Source: an uncultured Erysipelotrichaceae bacterium
Lineage (GTDB): Bacteria; Bacillota_I; Bacilli_A; Erysipelotrichales; Erysipelotrichaceae
Direction: 5' to 3'
Assembly: GCA_964370395.1 (NCBI GenBank)
Contig: CAYJIZ010000006.1
Location: 1 to 64,000, forward strand
DNA length: 64,000 bases
The position numbers and the translations under genes are program-made. Positions 57,784 to 64,000 of the stretch are shown piece by piece (the stretch's first letter is position 1; each line of letters starts with the position of its first letter). Under the pieces are notes generated by a model that was not told the DNA's origin, did no database searches, and saw nothing but the letters and a program-made list of their open reading frames with translations.

Positions 57784-59223
57784 ATTAAAGATGAAAATTT
57801 ACGTGCTGTTATTAATCAAAATTTACAATTAGAGGTTGATGCAATACCTACTTTGCAACAATTGCATTCGTTAAAGAAACTAATTTGTCGCAGTAAGGAA
57901 GTAAAAGATTTGGATGGTTTACAAGACTGTGTGAATTTGGAAGTGTTGGATCTTTATAATAATTATATTGAAGATTTGTCACCACTTGCTGATCTGCATG
58001 AGTTACACCATTTAAACTTAGCGAAAAATAGTTTTTATGATGTGAGTGTATTGGCTAACCTAAGTAAACTAACCGTTTTAAATTTATCAAATAATGGTGT
58101 TTTTCCAATGGATTTATCATTTATTGCAAGATTGGTTAATTTAAAGGAGCTGAATGTAGACCATTGTAAAATTGAAACACTAGAAGGAATTGAGCAATTA
58201 ACCAAATTAGAAACGTTGTATGCTGGAATCACGACGCCTGGGTTTGATATTTCGATATTTGCGAAACTGACACAGTTGAAGCATTTATCCTTAACAAAAA
58301 TGTGGTTGTATGATATTTCATGTTTGCAATCATTACAAAATTTAGAGGTGCTTGATTTATCGACTAACTTATTTCAAGATGCAAGTGTATTAGCTGAGTT
58401 GAAAAAACTTCGCATCCTTGTATTAGCAAACAATAAGTATTTAAAAGACATATCGTTTGTGGAACAGTTAAAACAATTAGAACGTTTGAATGTTTCATTT
58501 TGTCCAATTAGTACGATTGCTCCATTAAAAGATATTCACAAATTGAGTGATTTAAGGATGTCTAATTGCGGTATTAGTGATTTTAGTGCATTGCATCACA
58601 AAAAAGAAATGCGTAAGTTAGATGTAACAGGAAATACGCTTTATGATAGTGGTTTCTTATGTGATATGTGTGAATTAGTGTATTTACGTTTGAGTAATAC
58701 ACAATTGAAAGACATCGACTTTATGCGTTGTCTTTGCAAACTTGAAGAGTGTAATCTATACAATAACCAAGTGAAAGATATTACTCCACTTGCAGCTTGT
58801 AACAGTATTAGTGTTTTGGACTTAAGCAATAATGAAATCAAAGACATTAGCGCATTAGCGAAACTAACAAATTTAGAATGCTTAGGTTTAGCAAACAATC
58901 AAATTGCCGATATTTCGCCTCTGCATTATTTAAGTAATTTAGGATCTTTGGATTTATACAATAATGTAGTAACGGATTTGCGACCATTGGCTAACTTAAT
59001 TAATTTAACTTCATTGAAATTAGATCACAATGGAGTGTACGACTTGTCACCAATTGAAAACTTGGTGTACTTAACAGGATTAACTTTAAAAGCGAATTAT
59101 ATTGTAGATGTGTCACCTTTGCTTAACATGAAAGGATTGTATGAATTGCGATTGGATGCGAATCCAATTGAAGATCTATCGGTGTTAGATAAGATGGAGT
59201 ACTACGAAAAGTTCTCCTATTAA
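57784..59223 (+). CDS. Leucine-rich repeat protein (~20 internalin-type 22-residue LRRs), no signal peptide and no anchor
   Basis: Repeating LxxLxxLxxLxLxxNxIxDIxxL units throughout. RBS GGGGGA before ATG 57784. The ORF track starts at 57754 without an RBS. Confidence 0.7.
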   Translation: MKDENLRAVINQNLQLEVDAIPTLQQLHSLKKLICRSKEVKDLDGLQDCVNLEVLDLYNNYIEDLSPLADLHELHHLNLAKNSFYDVSVLANLSKLTVLNLSNNGVFPMDLSFIARLVNLKELNVDHCKIETLEGIEQLTKLETLYAGITTPGFDISIFAKLTQLKHLSLTKMWLYDISCLQSLQNLEVLDLSTNLFQDASVLAELKKLRILVLANNKYLKDISFVEQLKQLERLNVSFCPISTIAPLKDIHKLSDLRMSNCGISDFSALHHKKEMRKLDVTGNTLYDSGFLCDMCELVYLRLSNTQLKDIDFMRCLCKLEECNLYNNQVKDITPLAACNSISVLDLSNNEIKDISALAKLTNLECLGLANNQIADISPLHYLSNLGSLDLYNNVVTDLRPLANLINLTSLKLDHNGVYDLSPIENLVYLTGLTLKANYIVDVSPLLNMKGLYELRLDANPIEDLSVLDKMEYYEKFSY

Positions 59224-59228
59224 AAAGA

Positions 59229-59273
59229 AGAAAGAGATGCTTCGATACACGTATCGTAGCGCTCTTTTTATTT
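59229..59273 (+). terminator. Putative intrinsic terminator
   Basis: cgatacacgtatcg palindrome within a larger imperfect inverted repeat + TTTTTATTTTT. Confidence 0.5.
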
Positions 59274-59520
59274 TTGTTTTGTTTCCTACTTTTGCGCTAC
59301 CTTAGTAGGTTTTTGTCAAAATTAGCGAAATGGTAAAATATGCAAACAAGAAAACAAAAAGTACAAAGCCAAAAAGAGAGGGTATCGTTTATGATTAACG
59401 CGTAAGCGCTTGCAAATTTTAACAAGTACAAAGGTACTAGCGCAAAAGAGGGGGGAACAAACAAGAAAAGCAAAATAGAGAATACACAATCATGAAAGAG
59501 AGAAAGAAGAAGGGTAAATT

Positions 59521-62500
59521 ATGAAAAAACTATTAGGAGTACTATTGAGTACAATGGTCTTATTGAGTGTCTTGATTCCTTTGCAACCAACACAAATACA
59601 AGCAATTGCGTTGGAAGACGTTGTCATCACGATTGATGATGCGGACAAAGGAAGTGGCTTAAATCAATTTGAGTTTAAAGGAACATGGTATCCAGCTACA
59701 GGAGTAGCGAGTGATTACAATGGAACAGAACACTGGACTAACAAATCAAGATGGGGTGCAACTCCTCCAAGTGCTACCATTCGTTTTAGAGGAAATGCCA
59801 TCGAAGTGTTTGGTAAGAAAGACAAAGACTTGGGTATTTATAAAGTAGTATTAGATGGTGATGAAGAAAATGCATTTGAAGCAGATGCATACAATGTTAC
59901 ACCACAATCAAAAGAATCGTTATTTAAATTAACTGGATTAAGTGAAGGGGAACATGAAATAACGATTTATGTACAAAACAAAATTAATGCAATGGCTGCC
60001 GTTGGGGTAAACATTGGAGCACAACTGGATTATGCAGTTGTGGATGCAAGACAACCTGTGGATGTAAACAAAATATACAAAACGTATATTAATGACCACA
60101 CAATGGGAGATGATTTATTTCAGTTTTCATTTTCAAATGGATGGTCAACTTCAACTGGGTATCCTCAATATTTCTATAATGGAGACGAACACTGGAGTGC
60201 TGCAACAGCAACATCGAATCCATCTTTTAAAGTACAATTCATCGGTTCAAAAATTGAATTGTATGGAAAGAAAGAAGCATCAGGAGCAAAATACTCTGTT
60301 CGTATTGATGGAAAAGATGAAGTAATTGTTGATTCGTATAATCCAACTGCTGCACAACAACAATTGCTTTATGCAAAAGAAGGATTAGAAGAAGGAAACC
60401 ATACGTTAGAATTAAAAGTATTGTATGAAAAAAATCCTGCGAATACAACGGGTAGATACACTGCGCAAATTGATTATGCGATTGCATACCATAAAGCGAT
60501 TGAAGCTACGGATTTAAAATTAGACAAAACAGGTCTTACAATTGAAGAAGGAATGGATGATGCCATTGTTGCAACGGCGATTCCTGCATATGCGACAAAT
60601 CCTAAATTCATCTATTCGGTTGATGATCCTACAATCGCAAAAGTGGAACAAGATGGAACAGTAACGGCTTTAAAAGCGGGTGCTACAACGATTAAGGTAG
60701 AGTTGGCGAATGGTGTAGCGAACAAAGTTATTCCAATTACAGTATCACCTGAAAATGGAATTGTTGCGTTAAGTGTTGCGGATGAAAATCGTTTGGAAAC
60801 ACAAGATCAATACGCTAATGTGTTATTAGATAACAAGGCTACTTTTGATGGTAGTGCATGGCGTGGTGATGTGATTAATTCAAAAATTAATATGGTAACC
60901 AAATCAAAAGCGATTCATAATGCACAAATTAAAGTAAGTGATTTCACAAGTGAAAATAATGTAATCAAAAGTTCAAATGTGGAAACGTACTGGTTAAAAG
61001 AAACAAAAGCAAATATCGGAAGAGGATCAGCTGTTGCTCCAGTAAAAGATTTTCCAGATATTATGCATACAGATGAAAAAGTAGATGTGAATGCGAAAAA
61101 ATTACAATCTGCTTGGATTAACATTAATGTACCAAAAGATGCAAAACCTGGTGTTTATACAGGGGAAGTAGAAATTATTGCAGATGAGTTTAAAGAGCCA
61201 TATAAATTAGCGTATACATTTGAAGTGATTGATTTGTTACAACCAACAACAGATGATACAAAAACAACAGTACAAATTTGGCAACATCCATTTGCAGTAG
61301 CACAATATTATGGTGTTACTAAAGCTGAGTATTTTACTGAAAAACACTTAAACTACATGCGTGCATCAATGCAAGAATACAAAGAGATGGGTGGACGTGA
61401 CGTAGTTGCGAACATTGTTGAAGATGCTTGGAACAACCAATCATACAGCAAAGATCCATCAATGGTTTCTTGGCGTAAAAAGGTAGATGGAACATTTGAT
61501 TTTGATTACACATTATTTGATCGTTGGGTACAATTCAATATTGAAGAAGGTGTGTTGGATCCTGAAAAAGGATTAGGACAAATTAAATGTTATAGTATTG
61601 TTCCTTGGAATAACCAAGTAGCATACTTTGATGAAGCATCAAGCGCAATCAAAAAAGTTTCTGCGGCAACAGGAAGTGCGGAATGGAAAGCATTGTGGGT
61701 TCCTTTCTTAGAAAGTTTTGTATCGCATGTAGAAACAAAAGGATGGTTTGATATCACATACATCGCAATGGATGAACGTGATATTGATGATTTAAAAAAA
61801 TCAGCAAGTTTAATTGAAACGGTAACAAATAAAGAAGGAAAAAGTTTGAAAATTTCCTCTGCGATGAATTACCAAAGTGCAAATGACTTTGCCTTTACAG
61901 ATCGTATTCACGATGTATCAATTGGATTAAGTCATATTTCACAAACAAACACAATTTTTAAAGATCTTGTTGAACACCGTAATGAAAAAGGATTGGTAAC
62001 GACAGTTTATACATGTACAGGAGATTACCCAAGTAACTTTACGATTAGTGATCCAGCAGATAACGCTTGGACAATGTGGTATTCTATGTCACAAGGAGCA
62101 ACAGGTTATATGCGTTGGGCATGGGATAACTGGGTAGATGATCCATTAACTAATGTTTCTTATCGTTACTGGGAACCAGGAGATGGGTGGTATATTTACC
62201 CAACTGAAAAAGGGCAAGTAAGCGATACGTATTTCTATAAAACACCTCGTTATGAATTGTTTAAACAAGGGGTTCGTGATGTAAACAAAGCGAAATTCTT
62301 ACAACAACAATCGCAACAAATGGAAGAGAAAGTTGACACATTAGTTGGTTCTTTGAAACGCCCTAATAAGACAACAGCTTACGGTTCTGCTGTTCCAAGA
62401 TCAGAAGCAGATAGAGAATTGGTATTCGCTGAAGTAAGTCGCATGCGCGAAGGAATCAACACATTAGCGAAAGAATACGTAGATTCTTTGGTTATTGAAG

Positions 62501-63195
62501 TAGAAAAAATCGATGTTGATAAAACAAAAGTGGCATTAGAAGAAGAGCAAAGTGTTATTATTAATGCAGTTGCGAAACCAGATAATGCAACAAACAAACA
62601 ATTAACATGGTCTAGTAAAAATGATGAAGTAGCGACAGTAAAAGATGGTGTTATTACAGCGGTAGCAAAAGGAGAAACGATTGTTACAGTGAGCGATGCA
62701 AGTAACACGATTCATGTTGATATTGAGGTTACTGTAAGTGCAAAAGAAGTGGAAGAGCCAGGTAATAAACCAGAGGAAAACCCTGGAAACAAACCGGAAG
62801 AAAATCCAGGAAACAAACCAGAGGAAAATCCAGGTGGTTCAGGAAACAAACCGACAGAAAAACCAGGGAACAAACCAACTGTAAAACCAGGTAATCGACC
62901 AACGTTAACTCCGCCAAGTAGTGGTACAATCATTGATACGACACTACGTAATACGATTGCGGCAGAAAACAAAACAAATACACCAGCAGTGAAAAAAGAA
63001 GAGAAAGAAGTAAGCAAAGAAAGTAAAGTGGAAAAGCGTACTACCACTTCTAAAAATGAAAAAGTAGAAGCGAAAGCAACACCGTTAGCGCAAAAAGATA
63101 ACAATAGCAATATGCCATTGTATATTATCGGTGGTGTTGCCATTGCAGGGATTGCTGCGTTTGCTTTATTGAAATTGAAAAACGCAAAAGAGTAA
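59521..63195 (+). CDS. Large (1224 aa) surface protein: signal peptide, two N-terminal beta-sandwich (CBM-like) repeats, Big_2 domain, DUF4091-like putative glycoside-hydrolase region, second Big_2, PGNKPEEN proline-rich repeats, C-terminal TM anchor
   Basis: Signal MKKLLGVLLSTMVLLSVLIPLQPTQIQA. Duplicated GTEHWTNKSRWGATPPSATIRF.G..IEVFGKKD / GDEHWSAATATSNPSFKVQFIGSKIELYGKKE. Big_2-like LKLDKTGLTIEEG...TALKAGATTIKV. C-terminus ...NMPLYIIGGVAIAGIAAFALLKLKNAKE. Confidence 0.7.
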   Translation: MKKLLGVLLSTMVLLSVLIPLQPTQIQAIALEDVVITIDDADKGSGLNQFEFKGTWYPATGVASDYNGTEHWTNKSRWGATPPSATIRFRGNAIEVFGKKDKDLGIYKVVLDGDEENAFEADAYNVTPQSKESLFKLTGLSEGEHEITIYVQNKINAMAAVGVNIGAQLDYAVVDARQPVDVNKIYKTYINDHTMGDDLFQFSFSNGWSTSTGYPQYFYNGDEHWSAATATSNPSFKVQFIGSKIELYGKKEASGAKYSVRIDGKDEVIVDSYNPTAAQQQLLYAKEGLEEGNHTLELKVLYEKNPANTTGRYTAQIDYAIAYHKAIEATDLKLDKTGLTIEEGMDDAIVATAIPAYATNPKFIYSVDDPTIAKVEQDGTVTALKAGATTIKVELANGVANKVIPITVSPENGIVALSVADENRLETQDQYANVLLDNKATFDGSAWRGDVINSKINMVTKSKAIHNAQIKVSDFTSENNVIKSSNVETYWLKETKANIGRGSAVAPVKDFPDIMHTDEKVDVNAKKLQSAWININVPKDAKPGVYTGEVEIIADEFKEPYKLAYTFEVIDLLQPTTDDTKTTVQIWQHPFAVAQYYGVTKAEYFTEKHLNYMRASMQEYKEMGGRDVVANIVEDAWNNQSYSKDPSMVSWRKKVDGTFDFDYTLFDRWVQFNIEEGVLDPEKGLGQIKCYSIVPWNNQVAYFDEASSAIKKVSAATGSAEWKALWVPFLESFVSHVETKGWFDITYIAMDERDIDDLKKSASLIETVTNKEGKSLKISSAMNYQSANDFAFTDRIHDVSIGLSHISQTNTIFKDLVEHRNEKGLVTTVYTCTGDYPSNFTISDPADNAWTMWYSMSQGATGYMRWAWDNWVDDPLTNVSYRYWEPGDGWYIYPTEKGQVSDTYFYKTPRYELFKQGVRDVNKAKFLQQQSQQMEEKVDTLVGSLKRPNKTTAYGSAVPRSEADRELVFAEVSRMREGINTLAKEYVDSLVIEVEKIDVDKTKVALEEEQSVIINAVAKPDNATNKQLTWSSKNDEVATVKDGVITAVAKGETIVTVSDASNTIHVDIEVTVSAKEVEEPGNKPEENPGNKPEENPGNKPEENPGGSGNKPTEKPGNKPTVKPGNRPTLTPPSSGTIIDTTLRNTIAAENKTNTPAVKKEEKEVSKESKVEKRTTTSKNEKVEAKATPLAQKDNNSNMPLYIIGGVAIAGIAAFALLKLKNAKE
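62758..62911 (+). repeat. Tandem 24-bp (8-aa PGNKPEEN/PGNKPT.K) repeats, ~6 units
   Basis: ccaggtaataaaccagaggaaaac / cctggaaacaaaccggaagaaaat / ccaggaaacaaaccagaggaaaat ... seen directly. Confidence 0.8.
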
Positions 63196-63216
63196 GCACG
63201 AATGTATTGAATAATT

Positions 63217-63248
63217 GGGGTTGAGTTATTATACTCAGCCTCTTTTTT
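63217..63248 (+). terminator. Intrinsic terminator
   Basis: ggttgagt...actcagcc hairpin + TTTTTT. Confidence 0.6.
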
Positions 63249-63280
63249 CATGCTATAATACTAACAAGGAGAGTGATTGT

Positions 63281-63994
63281 ATGCCAACACCACATATTGA
63301 AGCAGAAAAAAAGGAAATAGCGAAAGTCGTATTAATGCCAGGGGATCCCTTGCGAGCAAAATTTATCGCCGAAACGTATTTAGAAGATGTTACTTGTTTT
63401 AATCATGTTCGTAATATGTTAGGTTACACAGGAACTTACAAAGGAAAGAAAATATCTGTCATGGGCTCAGGAATGGGAATGCCTAGTATTGGTATTTATT
63501 CGTATGAGTTATTCTCACAATACGATGTCGATGTGATTATTCGTGTAGGAAGTGCAGGTAGTTATGCGATACAAGCCAAAGTATACGATGTGATATTAGT
63601 GAGTGAAGCATATAGTGAATCAAACTTTGCGAAGGTACAAAATGGGTATGATAAGCAATATACTTATCCCTCTACTTCGTTAAATAATAAAATTAAAGAG
63701 GTGGCAAAACAGCGTAATATTCCTTTACAAGAAGGCTGTATTCATTCAAGTGATGTCTTTTACCAAGAAGACAAAAGTCCTTATCATGAAAAACTACACC
63801 AAACATATGGTTGTATAGGTGTTGAAATGGAAAGCTTCGCGCTATTCCATAATGCCAAAGTATTAAACAAGAAAGCCGCTTGCTTGCTGACAATTTCAGA
63901 TTCCTTTGTGGAAAAGCAAGCAACGAGTGCAAAAGAAAGAGAGACATCATTCACAGTGATGATGGAATTAGCATTGGAGAGTTGTTATGATTAA
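63281..63994 (+). CDS. deoD: Purine nucleoside phosphorylase, DeoD type
   Basis: MPTPHIEAEKKEIAKVVLMPGDPLRAKFIAE...; 237 aa. RBS AAGGAGAG. The ORF track start 63215 is an upstream extension. Confidence 0.85.
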   Translation: MPTPHIEAEKKEIAKVVLMPGDPLRAKFIAETYLEDVTCFNHVRNMLGYTGTYKGKKISVMGSGMGMPSIGIYSYELFSQYDVDVIIRVGSAGSYAIQAKVYDVILVSEAYSESNFAKVQNGYDKQYTYPSTSLNNKIKEVAKQRNIPLQEGCIHSSDVFYQEDKSPYHEKLHQTYGCIGVEMESFALFHNAKVLNKKAACLLTISDSFVEKQATSAKERETSFTVMMELALESCYD

Positions 63995-64000
63995 AGCAGT

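Noticed and set aside
62712-63251. 179-aa minus-strand ORF
   Set aside because: Antisense to the Pro-rich tandem repeats and the 3' end of the surface-protein gene. This is a repeat-driven artefact.

Overview
This is a low-GC (~34%) Firmicutes-type chromosomal window. Almost every gene is on the + strand. Polyamine (pot) and other transport and surface features suggest an Erysipelotrichia- or Mollicutes-related Gram-positive bacterium; that is inference only.

Supported content, left to right:
- The 3' end of thrS.
- A ~1450-aa bimodular cell-wall hydrolase: a GH73 glucosaminidase, about 8 GBS-Bsp-like repeats, and a C-terminal NlpC/P60-CHAP-like domain.
- A YgiQ radical-SAM protein, a minus-strand DUF4438 protein, a cytoplasmic two-domain retropepsin-like aspartic protease, a cyclophilin, and a DEAD-box helicase.
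- A 7-tRNA operon (Arg-Pro-Met-Ile2/Met-Ser-fMet-Phe) with its own promoter and terminator.
- Immediately after it, a complete Gram-positive type IV pilus operon: pilA, pilD, pilC, pilMNO, a PilX-like gene, two large minor pilins, pilB and pilT.
- A two-gene module encoding a Tim44-like membrane protein and an SPFH protein, both ending in zinc ribbons.
- A PuuR-like XRE/cupin regulator followed by a potABCD spermidine/putrescine ABC transporter. PotA carries an inserted tandem duplication and PotC is fused to PotD.
- Divergent proBA and glmS, with a clear glmS ribozyme in the spacer.
- ilvE and maf.
- A BceAB-like FtsX/ABC module with an RR/HK pair.
- A HAD hydrolase and the cdaA-cdaR-glmM c-di-AMP operon.
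- A second two-component system and a LuxR-type regulator.
- A surface-protein island: a 1957-aa protein with an N-terminal dockerin and C-terminal cohesin; a YcxB-like protein; an orphan fragment of a yloV/DAK2-type gene; a leaderless internalin-like LRR protein; and a 1224-aa Big_2/DUF4091-like protein with PGNKPEEN repeats.
- deoD.

Most worth a second look:
1. The two giant surface proteins share a conserved, non-LPXTG C-terminal module (PL-x7-N-x3-Y-x-I, then a TM helix, then a basic tail). It looks like an undescribed sorting signal.
2. The largest minor pilin carries 3-4 CBM5/12-like chitin-binding repeats, so it may be a glycan-binding pilus tip. pilO has a premature in-frame TAA. PilB carries tandem MshEN c-di-GMP-binding motifs.
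3. A noncellulosomal megaprotein combines dockerin and cohesin domains.
4. A Tim44-like/SPFH zinc-ribbon gene pair of unknown function.
5. A 30-bp near-perfect palindrome lies between proB and the glmS ribozyme.

No CRISPR array, IS element or prophage signature was seen.
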